From Candidatus Margulisiibacteriota bacterium (GTDB lineage: Bacteria; Desulfobacterota; Binatia; HRBIN30): a stretch of 64,000 nucleotides of DNA. The position numbers were made by a program, and so were the translations under genes. Under the pieces are notes generated by a model. It was not told the DNA's origin. It saw only the letters and a list, made by a program, of their open reading frames with translations, and ran no database searches. The stretch covers positions 28,834-92,833 of the forward strand of contig DATKMS010000266.1 in assembly GCA_035541735.1 (NCBI GenBank), read 5' to 3'. Of the stretch, positions 38,386-47,503 are shown piece by piece. Each line of letters begins with the position of its first letter. The first letter of the stretch is position 1.

Positions 38386-39441
38386 TCATCCCAGGTCTTC
38401 TCGGTCGACGCCGGCAAACGCCAGGATGAAATCAGGTCCGTAGAGGCGAGCTGGCGTTTGGAATCCCACTTCGAGATCGCCGCGCAGCACGCGCCGTGCG
38501 ATCGCTGCCGCAGTGATGGCGGTGAACGTGTACGCCTCGGGCGTACGCAAGCGTGCGCACACGCGTCGGCCGGCCCCATCGTCGGCCTCGGCCACGATGA
38601 CCATCGCTGAGGCGGCGCGCTCCTCCTCGCTGTGGCCCTCGGGAAGGATATCCGCCCACGTCTTCAGCCATGTCTGCCATAGCCCGGTGCTGAGCATCCC
38701 GCCGAGATAGCGGCTGGCCAGCAACATGACCTGCAGCAGCGGTGTCGCCTCGAAATACACCTCGATGTTGGGAATTCCGGTTGTGTAGTAGGCCGTTGAG
38801 ACGTCGCCCCAGCTGATGTTCAAGCTCGGCCGCGGCCCGGCGCCGTAATCGAATGCGCGCGACAATGCGCCCGGCGGAACGGGGGTGATGACACCGTCTC
38901 GGCGCACGAGGACACCCTGACCCGCGTGCTCAGCCAGTGTCTTCGCCGAGCCACGTGTCGCGAATCGCAGACCGCTGAGCCCGATCGCCAGGCGCGAAGC
39001 GCTGGGCAGCCGGCGGGCGACATGCGCGGCCAGACAATCCGACGGCACCACGTCGAAGCCGGCCGCGGGCATGATCATGATCCGCCGCGCGCGCGCCTCG
39101 GCGTCGCGGCGCACGGCAGCTTCGAGGACCGGAACCTCGCCAGTGATGTCGAGATAGTGCGCTCCGCTGCGCAAACACGCGTCGATCATTGGCCACGACG
39201 TCACCGAGAACGGTCCCGCGGCGTGCAGGACCACGTCGATGCCACACAGAGCGGCCGCCAGACGATCCGGCTCGGTGAGCGCCGCCACCCGGTAGTCGAG
39301 CCCGAGTGGTGCTGCCGAGGCTTCCAGCTTGGCCTGGTTGCGCCCACACAGGACTGGGCGTAGCCCCAACTTCACGGCCGCGGCGGTGATGAGCTTGCCT
39401 GTATAGCCCGTGGCGCCGTAGATCAGTAGCGGATCGGACAC
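38386..39441 (-). CDS. Saccharopine dehydrogenase-like NAD(P)-binding protein
   Basis: GTG start. LLIYGATGYTGKLITAAAV...VLHAAGPF...CLRSGAHYLDITGE is typical of the Sacchrp_dh_NADP family. Confidence 0.8.
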   Translation of the reverse strand: MSDPLLIYGATGYTGKLITAAAVKLGLRPVLCGRNQAKLEASAAPLGLDYRVAALTEPDRLAAALCGIDVVLHAAGPFSVTSWPMIDACLRSGAHYLDITGEVPVLEAAVRRDAEARARRIMIMPAAGFDVVPSDCLAAHVARRLPSASRLAIGLSGLRFATRGSAKTLAEHAGQGVLVRRDGVITPVPPGALSRAFDYGAGPRPSLNISWGDVSTAYYTTGIPNIEVYFEATPLLQVMLLASRYLGGMLSTGLWQTWLKTWADILPEGHSEEERAASAMVIVAEADDGAGRRVCARLRTPEAYTFTAITAAAIARRVLRGDLEVGFQTPARLYGPDFILAFAGVDREDLG

Positions 39442-39488
39442 GGGTTCACTTGCGCACGCTGGCGTGCCAACTATGATGCGGCGCTTCC

Positions 39489-40274
39489 ATGGACGTGTTC
39501 CTCACGAACGCCGCCTTCCCGGGTTCGGTACTCGACGTCAACGCCGCGTCTGTGACCTTCGTCGGCCAGGCACGATTCAACGGCTGCATCGCCTTTTGCA
39601 ACTGGCCGCGGCGGGACGTGGAAGCGTTGCTGCCACCGGAGCTGGAGTTAGCGGCCAACACCTCGGCGGTCCCTGACGTCCACCCGGTGGCATTCATCTT
39701 TGGCGAGCAGACGGAGGGGGCGACGATCTTCGCGGGCATTCCGTTTCCCATGGGCGTGCAATACCACGAGTTCGCCATGGCCATACCGTTCGTCAAGCAC
39801 CGGTGCGGGCGCTACCTGCATATCTACATTCCCCGGATGTACTCGAGCTACTTCCCGGCAATCTGGCACGGCAACACTTACTACGGCTTCGCCAAGGAGA
39901 TGGCCACCATGTGGTGGCAGGGGCCGATCTTCTTGATCACCGCGAAGAACGGTGCCCTCGTGCTACACGCTGCCGTCGAGCCAACCGGACGATGGTCTGC
40001 GGGTAGCACCTGCGAGCTGCGAAATTTCGAGGCGACGCGCGCCATCTTCACGCTGCCGGTCGTCGGCCGCAAGTCCGACGGGACGTACGTCCGCTCCTAT
40101 TTCGGCTGGGACTTCGGCGACGCGCTGGTCAGAGCAGCCGACGCCTGCGTCTCCATCGACGCCCCGCTGATCGACGGCCTCGATCCGCGTCGCTGCCACG
40201 ACGTCGCATCCGGGACGTTCGAAGTGCGGGGCCTGCTTTGGAAACTCAGCTGGCCGTTGGAGTGCCGACTTTAG
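39489..40274 (+). CDS. Acetoacetate-decarboxylase-like (ADC-fold) family protein, tentative
   Basis: 261 aa and beta-rich. GNTYYGFAKE resembles the GRExxGxPK lysine motif of the ADC family. It is divergent from the saccharopine dehydrogenase-like gene with only a 47-nt spacer. Confidence 0.45.
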   Translation: MDVFLTNAAFPGSVLDVNAASVTFVGQARFNGCIAFCNWPRRDVEALLPPELELAANTSAVPDVHPVAFIFGEQTEGATIFAGIPFPMGVQYHEFAMAIPFVKHRCGRYLHIYIPRMYSSYFPAIWHGNTYYGFAKEMATMWWQGPIFLITAKNGALVLHAAVEPTGRWSAGSTCELRNFEATRAIFTLPVVGRKSDGTYVRSYFGWDFGDALVRAADACVSIDAPLIDGLDPRRCHDVASGTFEVRGLLWKLSWPLECRL

Positions 40275-40375
40275 GTGCTGCCGTGCTGCCGATGGTCATG
40301 AAGACTGACTTCGCGGACGACGAGGACCAGACCGACGACCAAGATGGCAAGCGCGATCACTGGTGCCCAGGACAT
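40271..40375 (-). CDS. 34-aa single-TM peptide, hypothetical, translationally coupled to the 75-aa ORF
   Basis: MSWAPVIALAILVVGLVLVVREVSLHDHRQHGST. Its ATG overlaps the upstream stop (TGATG). Confidence 0.25.
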   Translation of the reverse strand: MSWAPVIALAILVVGLVLVVREVSLHDHRQHGST

Positions 40376-40602
40376 CACAACAGCTCCAATTCCCTGATGC
40401 GACGATATGCTAACCGGTTGATCCACACAACCCCGGCGGTGACAATGGCCACGGCGAAGAGGGCGCCCCAAACAAGGACGCGATTGGGACTGCCGAAGTT
40501 CTGCGCAACCCATGCCACAAGCGAAACATCAACGGCAACCAAGACGCCGAAGACGACCTTGAGCCACGCGAGGTCTTCCTTGATGCCCTCAGCCTTTGAC
40601 AT
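40375..40602 (-). CDS. 75-aa two-TM membrane protein, hypothetical
   Basis: Two hydrophobic helices (VVFGVLVAVDVSLVAWVA and VLVWGALFAVAIVTAGVVWI) and a basic C-terminus. An AT-rich region lies upstream at 40603-40720. Confidence 0.4.
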   Translation of the reverse strand: MSKAEGIKEDLAWLKVVFGVLVAVDVSLVAWVAQNFGSPNRVLVWGALFAVAIVTAGVVWINRLAYRRIRELELL

Positions 40603-40752
40603 GAGCTGGCCGCCAGACAGTGAATGATATTACATGTCAACACGCTTGTGATAATGAACTACATACAACAGATATTCTGCATATATTCAAGATGCCGCGG
40701 CATGTCAGGCGGGGATTGGCTGCCACTTCCTTGCTAGGTGAACGCATTGACG

Positions 40753-41328
40753 TCAAGGCCGCCGGGAAAACCGCTCCGCGGGGCTGCCTGCGCTCGCATC
40801 ACATGGTCGGGTTCCCCACCCGCACCAGCAGCTTGCCGCAGCTCCGAACACTAACCCGAACAGCAGTCCCAGTACTGCGCCGCCAAGAACATCTGTCGGG
40901 TAGTGCACGCCAAGGTAAATCCGAGAGTATCCAACCAGCGCGGCGAGAAAAAAGAGCGGTATCGCCAGCCTTCGAAAGTACACGGCAAAGAAAGCCGCCA
41001 GGGCAAAGGCGTTGGTGGCGTGGTTGGAAGGAAAGGAGAACGTGTCGGAGCAGCCAACCAGTAGCCGCACGCCTTGCAATGCCTGACACGGTCGCGGCCG
41101 CTGAAAATGATTCCGCAGGACGGTCGCGCTGGCGTCGGCGCAGATGACTGCAAGGACGGCGCAGAGGACAACAACCCGGCTTCGGCGTCCACCCTTGACA
41201 AGGAGATATATGGCTACCGGCGTTGCGGGCACGACGAAGTTCCACTTGTCGCTCACAAACGGCATCAACACGTCCAACAGGACATGCCGGAGGCCGCTGT
41301 TGATCAGGACGAAGGCGGCCCGATCCAT
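40753..41328 (-). CDS. PAP2-family lipid phosphatase (LpxE/LpxF-like or undecaprenyl-PP phosphatase-like)
   Basis: Acid phosphatase motifs KxxxxxxRP (NHFQRPRP), PSNH (FSFPSNHATNA) and SRxxxxxHxxxD (YSRIYLGVHYPTDV). Start set at MDRAAF (41328). M1 at 41406 would overlap the upstream gene by 52 nt. Confidence 0.8.
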   Translation of the reverse strand: MDRAAFVLINSGLRHVLLDVLMPFVSDKWNFVVPATPVAIYLLVKGGRRSRVVVLCAVLAVICADASATVLRNHFQRPRPCQALQGVRLLVGCSDTFSFPSNHATNAFALAAFFAVYFRRLAIPLFFLAALVGYSRIYLGVHYPTDVLGGAVLGLLFGLVFGAAASCWCGWGTRPCDASAGSPAERFSRRP

Positions 41329-41354
41329 TTGCCCAACCACATCTGCGAAGTGGT

Positions 41355-42941
41355 TCAATATGCCGTCCTGCTTGGCGTGCTCGAAAGGCCTTTGTAGCGC
41401 ACGCATCTGAAGATCGAGAAAGTCTGCCCCGGCTGCCCGAGGTGTGCGGTTTCGACGACCAGCACCTTGTGCAACGCCTCACAGGCCTCTTGCACCGGGC
41501 GCGGCGCACCCCAATCGCCGTACGTAACGAACAAGCCGTTGCGCCCGCGCAGCCGGTCGAGCCCTCCCCAGATGTCGTACTGGTTCATCCGCCTGCCGGC
41601 GTCGACGTTATACACGCGCGGCTCGCCGGGGACATAGAAGGCCAACTCGCTGGCGATCTGGTAGTGATCGCTGAACAGGAAGAGGTTGCCATCGCTCGCC
41701 TGCAGCCGCGCGCCGACCGCCAGCCCCAATGCTCTCCACCCGTCCAAGCGCCGCGTCAGGTCGACGCGCGGCGGAAGGGCGAGCCCGATGTGGCGGGGCA
41801 GTCCCGGAAAATGCGCCAGCGCAAGCATCCCAAACCCCGGAAGCAGGGTAATGACAATCCAGTTTATTGCCGCGCGTGGCGCCCGCGTGAGCTGTTCATC
41901 CCACAACGCCGCCACGGCGACCATCGCCGTGACGTACGCGGGCGCCGCCCAGTTGCCTTCGACCTTCTCGTACACACTCCAGAGCAAGAAGAGCGCGAGC
42001 GGTGGCGCGGCGAGCAGGAACGGGAACAGATACTCGTCCCTCCGTTCCCGGAGACCGCGCTGCCCGAACGTGATCAGTGCCACGACCAATGCGACGAAGA
42101 GGACGGGAGATGCCACGCCCAATTGAGAGCCGAGGAATTCGACGAACGTCTTTGCCGCAAAGTGTGTTTCGTCCTCCGAGCTTGCGGACGTCAGCCCGGC
42201 GAGCGCCCCGACGTGCCGAAACGACACCCACTCGTGCTGCGCGTTCCAGACAACGATCGGTATGCAGAGCACGCAGGCGATGGAGAGCGCGACGTAGGGC
42301 GCTGGTTCTCTCAAGCGGCGGCGTGCCGCGGGCGAAATCAACAGATACGCTCCAATGCACGGGACCATGAGCAGCATCGTGTACTTGCTCAGCATCCCAA
42401 GACCGAGCGCCACGCCGGAGACGCACCACCACACGAGCCGGGTTTGTGCGGCAGGGCTCCGACTTGCCTTCCAGGTGGCGTACGCTGCTAGCGTCCAAAA
42501 GAAGACCATGGGCGCATCGATAGTCATGAGGATGGAACCGGCGGCAAACAGCGGGTTGACGCTGCAGGCGAGGACGGCCAGGAATCCCGCCCGCGTGCTT
42601 GCGAAGAGGTCACGTGCCAGGAGGTACACGAGCAGGCCCACGCCGAACGACAGCAACACCGCCGGAAGACGGACGAAGAAATCCGTCCTTGCACCCCAGT
42701 GGGTAGACGCCGCGATCAGGTAGGCCACCATGGGCCCCTTGCTGTAATAGCTCCAATCGAGCCGGCGCGACCACTCCCAATAGTGCGCTTCGTCCGGAGC
42801 CAGATCGAGAACGCCCGTTGCGATGTAGCACAGGCGAAATGCCGTGGCGGCGATGAGCAGTAGAACCGTCAAAGGCAAGTAGCGCGTCGGCTGCTGCAGG
42901 CCCGGGGCCGGCAGCCGATCCGCCGGCTGGTTCTCAAGCAT
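41355..42941 (-). CDS. ArnT/PMT-like GT-C membrane glycosyltransferase, copy 2
   Basis: Start at MLENQPAD has an 8-nt overlap with the GT4 stop. LDLAPDEAHYWEWSRRLDWSYYSKGPMVAYLI is the typical PMT_2/ArnT-like N-terminus. Many TM helices. Confidence 0.8.
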   Translation of the reverse strand: MLENQPADRLPAPGLQQPTRYLPLTVLLLIAATAFRLCYIATGVLDLAPDEAHYWEWSRRLDWSYYSKGPMVAYLIAASTHWGARTDFFVRLPAVLLSFGVGLLVYLLARDLFASTRAGFLAVLACSVNPLFAAGSILMTIDAPMVFFWTLAAYATWKASRSPAAQTRLVWWCVSGVALGLGMLSKYTMLLMVPCIGAYLLISPAARRRLREPAPYVALSIACVLCIPIVVWNAQHEWVSFRHVGALAGLTSASSEDETHFAAKTFVEFLGSQLGVASPVLFVALVVALITFGQRGLRERRDEYLFPFLLAAPPLALFLLWSVYEKVEGNWAAPAYVTAMVAVAALWDEQLTRAPRAAINWIVITLLPGFGMLALAHFPGLPRHIGLALPPRVDLTRRLDGWRALGLAVGARLQASDGNLFLFSDHYQIASELAFYVPGEPRVYNVDAGRRMNQYDIWGGLDRLRGRNGLFVTYGDWGAPRPVQEACEALHKVLVVETAHLGQPGQTFSIFRCVRYKGLSSTPSRTAY

Positions 42942-44031
42942 GGAGCGCAACGGGTGGCCGCCGTGCGGCGAGCGACAATGCGGCTTCGATGCGCGGCACC
43001 TGCACTTCGGGAGAGAACCGCTGGCGCACTCGCTGCTGAGCCGCTTGCCCGAATCGGTGCCGCAGCGGCGCGTCGCACAACAAGCCAATGAGCGCGTCGG
43101 CCAGAGCAGGGGCGTCCGCCGGCGGCACCAGCATACCCGTTTCACCCGCGCTGACGCATTCTGGTACCCCTCCAACCGCCGTAGCGACCACCGGGAGGCC
43201 GGCTGCCATGGCTTCTGCAACCACCAGCGGGAAGTTCTCTTCGAGCGACGGCAGCACGAAGACGTCCAACGCCTTCATGATGTCCGCAACATCGGTGCGC
43301 TGGCCCGCCCAGATGATCATCGCGGCAACGGCGAGCCGGTCGGCTTCGCGTTCGAGAGCGGCTCGATACGCGGTCGGGCTGCTACCGACGACCAACAGTC
43401 GCGTGGCGGGCAGCGCAGAGCGAATCTTCGGCAAAGCGCGGACCAGGTGGATCAGGCCTTTGTCGGGGATGACGTCTCCGATCGAGCCAATGAGCGGAGA
43501 CGCGGCGGGAATATTGAACGCCACCCGCATGCGCGTAGGCGTGTCTTCGTCCGCTGCGGCGAAGCGTCCATAGTCGACGAAGTTGTGGACGACGTCCAAC
43601 CGCGTCCGCCGCACGAGGTTGCATGTGCGGTGAAAGCGGCCGGTGGCTTCGGAGACGGCGATGACCCGGTCATTGCACATCCAGTGCAACTGGATGTGCC
43701 GGCTGTGCGCGGTTGCCACGCAGGGCACGCCGCTGAGCCAGCGCAGTAGGACACCGAAGAAGTGTGCGCGGCTCATGTGCGTGTGCAGGACATCGATACC
43801 TTGCGCGTGCGCGACGGCGGCGAGCCGCCGCACTTCGTCGGGCGGCCAGCGATGCAGGTCTGACTCGACGATATCGACGGGTGCGCCACGCAGCTGCGTC
43901 GCAATCCACGCGCCGGGGCGGCAGACCAGCGTTACCTGATGCCCGCGCTGCGCCAGTTCGCGCGTCAGCAGCAGGCAATGGACAACGGCACCGTTGACGT
44001 CGGCGCCGGAGACGATCTCCATGATCTTCAT
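42934..44031 (-). CDS. GT4-family glycosyltransferase
   Basis: MKIMEIVSGADVNGAVVHCLLLTRELAQRGHQV. C-terminal SLEENFPLVVAEAMAAGLPVVATAVGGVPE (EX7E region). Confidence 0.85.
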   Translation of the reverse strand: MKIMEIVSGADVNGAVVHCLLLTRELAQRGHQVTLVCRPGAWIATQLRGAPVDIVESDLHRWPPDEVRRLAAVAHAQGIDVLHTHMSRAHFFGVLLRWLSGVPCVATAHSRHIQLHWMCNDRVIAVSEATGRFHRTCNLVRRTRLDVVHNFVDYGRFAAADEDTPTRMRVAFNIPAASPLIGSIGDVIPDKGLIHLVRALPKIRSALPATRLLVVGSSPTAYRAALEREADRLAVAAMIIWAGQRTDVADIMKALDVFVLPSLEENFPLVVAEAMAAGLPVVATAVGGVPECVSAGETGMLVPPADAPALADALIGLLCDAPLRHRFGQAAQQRVRQRFSPEVQVPRIEAALSLAARRPPVALHA

Positions 44032-44086
44032 CGCCGTTCCTGCGGCTGGCCACCCACGCTTCGCTTCGTGCCGATCATATGAAGCA

Positions 44087-44871
44087 TCACTGGTAGGTGG
44101 AGATAGCGGTAGTCGAAGATGAAAGGAAACACCCGCAAGCGGCGAACTTGCGCTTGACCAGGTCGAGCTGATTGACATCACCCATCCGCGTCACCTGATC
44201 GGGCAATGGCGTGGTTCCAGCCGCTTGGCATAGTTGCAAGCGCTGAGGATCGCCACGGTGCTCGCAATCACCAGCAGGAGTCAGCTGGCGACGCGGCTGT
44301 GAACTGTTTCGCATGCGCATGTGATGCTGCACGCTATGGATCCGTGCCATCTCGGTCTTGCGTGAAGTCGTAGATGAAGAAGGTGGCAGTTCGGTCGACG
44401 GGTCGACGCTCACGCAGATATGCCACGGCGTGTCGCTGCGCGTCTGACATTTCGACCCCGTAGGAGGAAGACCAGCAGCAGCCCGTAGCCGACGATCTGC
44501 CGCAGATCTCGGCCGAAGGGTTTGAGCAGCGCCAGGCGCGCGCCGTGCATCCCCCACCGCCGCCTCCGCCGACTAGACGGGTGACCTCCACTGCCAGCCG
44601 GCACAGCGGGCCGTACACCAGACCCGACGCCTTGGCGAGTACCGTGGCCGCGTACCACAGGGTTGGAACACCCACCCGGTGCAGCCAGCTGCGATGACGC
44701 CACCAAGTTGCCGTCGTCGATGAAGTCGAACGGTGTCGTCAGGCTCGGCAGATAGAGGCTGACGAGTACGCATCCCCAGACGCTCGCCCACCACCACGGC
44801 CGCACACCGGTGGCGTTGCGCAGACGATGTTGGTTCGACTTCACCGCGTCGAATCCTCTCCTGGGTTGCAC
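44087..44871 (-). pseudogene. Decayed region: frameshifted fragments resembling the N-terminus of a PMT/ArnT-like membrane glycosyltransferase
   Basis: Four mutually overlapping 110-170-aa ORFs lie in three frames. Frame A reads ...VLVSLYLPSLTTPFDFIDDGNLV, and hydrophobic segments continue in other frames (LWYAATVLAKASGLVYGPL; LKPFGRDLRQIVGYGLLLVFLL). There is also an orphan lipobox-like fragment LLLVIASTVAILSAC with no start codon. Confidence 0.3.
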
Positions 44872-44919
44872 GACGCCGTAGCAGATCCGCGGTCTGCAAT
44901 GATAGAGGCTGCCCTCGAG

Positions 44920-45894
44920 ATGAAGGCCTCGAGAATCGTCGTCCTCGTGGGCGCGCTCCTGATTTCCGGCATGCTGACATGCACGCTGACGCTGGGAGGA
45001 ATTCCCATCGTATCGAGACCACGGACGTGGTCGATTGGTATCTACACGGGGCCGTCGTTTCGCGCGCTGGCTCCATCCAATACCGTCATCAACCCGGTGT
45101 TGTCCGCGGCCGACGTGACCGACGTGCCCGCCAAGTTCGTCGCCGACCCGTTCATGATCAAGAGGGACTCAACCTGGTACATGTTCTTCGAAGTTCTCCA
45201 TGCGCGGACGGGGAAAGGCGTGATCGCCGTTGCGTCGAGCACGGATGGATACCACTGGTTGTATCGCGGGGTCGTGCTCGAGGAGCCGTTCCATTTGTCC
45301 TACCCCTACGTGTTCGCATTTCGCGATGAGTACTACATGATTCCGGAAAGCGGTCAGGCACAATCGGTGCGTCTCTACAAGGCGGCGGAGTTTCCGACGC
45401 GATGGGTAATGGCTGCGACGCTGCTGACTGGAAGAGCCTATGCGGATTCTTCGCTCGTTGAGTATGGCGGCAAGTGGTGGCTTTTCACCGACCCGAACTC
45501 CTTGGCGAATGATAGGCTCAGCCTCTATGTCGCGGACCACCTCGAGGGGCCCTGGAGCGAGCACCCGCGCAGCCCCATCGTCAGCGGCGACCCCCACAGT
45601 GCCCGACCGGCCGGCCGCGTGGTGGTATCTGAGGGGAAGCTCTTCCGATTCGCCCAGGACGACGCCCCGACCTACGGGATCCAGGTCTGGGCGTTCGAGG
45701 TCACGGAGCTTACGACCGTTCGCTACAGCGAACAACGCCTCGGTGAGGCAGCGATACTCGGACCGGGCAGCGCTGTCTGGAACGAGAAGGGGATGCATCA
45801 CCTCGACCCGCACCAGGTCGGTGACGACATATGGATCGCCTGCGTCGATGGCTGGCAGAAACATGTGGCGTTCGGGTTGTACTACTGGCGCTAG
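44920..45894 (+). CDS. Membrane-anchored GH43-like beta-propeller protein (bacterial GINT1 N-terminal-domain-like family), tentative
   Basis: N-terminal TM anchor IVVLVGALLISGMLT. VADPFMIKRDSTWYMFFEV...GVIAVASSTDGYHWLYRGVVL...HLSYPYVFAFRDEYYMIPES...WWLFTD pattern. An alternative ATG lies at 44899. Confidence 0.5.
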   Translation: MKASRIVVLVGALLISGMLTCTLTLGGIPIVSRPRTWSIGIYTGPSFRALAPSNTVINPVLSAADVTDVPAKFVADPFMIKRDSTWYMFFEVLHARTGKGVIAVASSTDGYHWLYRGVVLEEPFHLSYPYVFAFRDEYYMIPESGQAQSVRLYKAAEFPTRWVMAATLLTGRAYADSSLVEYGGKWWLFTDPNSLANDRLSLYVADHLEGPWSEHPRSPIVSGDPHSARPAGRVVVSEGKLFRFAQDDAPTYGIQVWAFEVTELTTVRYSEQRLGEAAILGPGSAVWNEKGMHHLDPHQVGDDIWIACVDGWQKHVAFGLYYWR

Positions 45895-46009
45895 GCGTGC
45901 AGCCGCAGGCGCGCCAAAGGCCGCCACCGCTCCACGTGCTAGCGCGCGCTAGTCCGATCTAGCCCCTGCTCAGCTAAGCCTGCAGCCGTACGCGTGCGCC
46001 AAAGCAGTT

Positions 46010-47503
46010 TCATCGGTTGTCGTCCCGAACGAGCAACGCGTACGGAGCGGCACGCAAGGCAACGGAGAACCCGCGTACGGCCGGTTCCCCGTCCTTCATC
46101 ACAATCGATCGCACATCTGAACCGTCGCGCTGATTGAGGGTCATTTGAACCGGCCGGTCGAGGCTGAATGCCAACATGAGCCCAATGCATTCGGGGACGT
46201 TAACCGCGCGCACCCCGCGTCGATCCCCCCGAATGGCGCCAGCCAGCCGTTCCACCGTGCGCCACTGAGCGTTGCACTCCCGGCCGTGTGGAATGTCCTT
46301 CGCGAGCCAGTAGCCGATCGACACCCCCAGATGTGCGACCAACAAGATGGCAAGCACGGTCAGCCGGCGCTGTTGCAACGGTTCGAGCAGATACCACACG
46401 CTCGCCAGCACCACCGGTACCACCGGTAGCGTGTATCGAGAGCCCCCAGCAAACGCCCAGACGATGTACGCCAGCAGGTAGAAGGGCAGGGTCAGTGCGA
46501 AGACGTCGGGTTGGATGCGGACCAGCTTCCACCAGCCCATGGCAACCATGACGATGAGTGGGATGTAGACCGCCATATTGAAATCGAGCCAAGTTCCCCG
46601 TTTGCCATACGCGTTGAACATGCCCGGGATGAGCAGTTGCCCTGCATCCGTGATGCGCAGCCGTACCCCTTCGATCAACCGGTCCGCCGAGGTCGTCGCG
46701 GGCGGATGCATGAGGCCGTCGACGTGCGTGCCCATCGGCACGGGTGAGGATGCCTTCATCGTCACATCGTGATGCAGGAAAGCGGCAACGGCCAGCGCGG
46801 CGGGTATGGCCACCATGAGCGTCACCACCACGGCGACCGGCCGGCGGATCTCGCTGCTCCGGACGGCAACGAACGCCGCGACTGCGAAGCCGGCGCTACA
46901 GACGAGGCCGACCTCACGGATCAGGCTCAACAGGATCAGCAACGCGCCGGCGATCAGTCCGCGTCTGAACGCGATGAGCGTCGACTCGGACTCCAACACC
47001 GCGTTGAGAGCATGGACGGTCCACACCAGCACGGTCATGAAGGCCAACTCGCTCAACGCGCGCCGGTAGTGAATCCACACACTGACGTTGACCATCACCA
47101 GGCCCGTGAGCAGCACCGCTGCCGCCGGACAGCGTTGCTGGAACCACCGATAGACGCCGGCCATGAGCACGACGGCCATGACCCAATGGATGAACGACAG
47201 AGCAAGGAACGGTCGCTCGCCGAACAGAAACGCCGGGCTGATCAGAAGCGGGTAGCCGGGAGGAAAACCGGTCTGCGGGTTGCCGAGCGCGGCAACGTGG
47301 TGGGCGGCTGCGATGCTACGCGCCATCGACAGGTACAAGACGGTGTCGGGAGTCGGGTACCACCACGGACTGATCTGTATCGCGAACAACGCCGCCAAGG
47401 CCGCCAACCACGGTGCAGGCCGGCGGTTACAATTCGCCAACCAGGTTTCCAGCGCCGGATGCCTGCTCGCTGGATGGTGCACACGGTTGACCGGCGGGCG
47501 CAT
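46010..47503 (-). CDS. Polytopic GT-C-like membrane glycosyltransferase, copy 3 (family assignment tentative)
   Basis: More than 10 predicted TM helices. DTVLYLSMARSIAA...GFPPGYPLLISPAF is an ArnT/PMT-like loop. A soluble C-terminal tail of ~100 aa follows. Start at 47503 (MRPPVNR). Confidence 0.55.
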   Translation of the reverse strand: MRPPVNRVHHPASRHPALETWLANCNRRPAPWLAALAALFAIQISPWWYPTPDTVLYLSMARSIAAAHHVAALGNPQTGFPPGYPLLISPAFLFGERPFLALSFIHWVMAVVLMAGVYRWFQQRCPAAAVLLTGLVMVNVSVWIHYRRALSELAFMTVLVWTVHALNAVLESESTLIAFRRGLIAGALLILLSLIREVGLVCSAGFAVAAFVAVRSSEIRRPVAVVVTLMVAIPAALAVAAFLHHDVTMKASSPVPMGTHVDGLMHPPATTSADRLIEGVRLRITDAGQLLIPGMFNAYGKRGTWLDFNMAVYIPLIVMVAMGWWKLVRIQPDVFALTLPFYLLAYIVWAFAGGSRYTLPVVPVVLASVWYLLEPLQQRRLTVLAILLVAHLGVSIGYWLAKDIPHGRECNAQWRTVERLAGAIRGDRRGVRAVNVPECIGLMLAFSLDRPVQMTLNQRDGSDVRSIVMKDGEPAVRGFSVALRAAPYALLVRDDNR

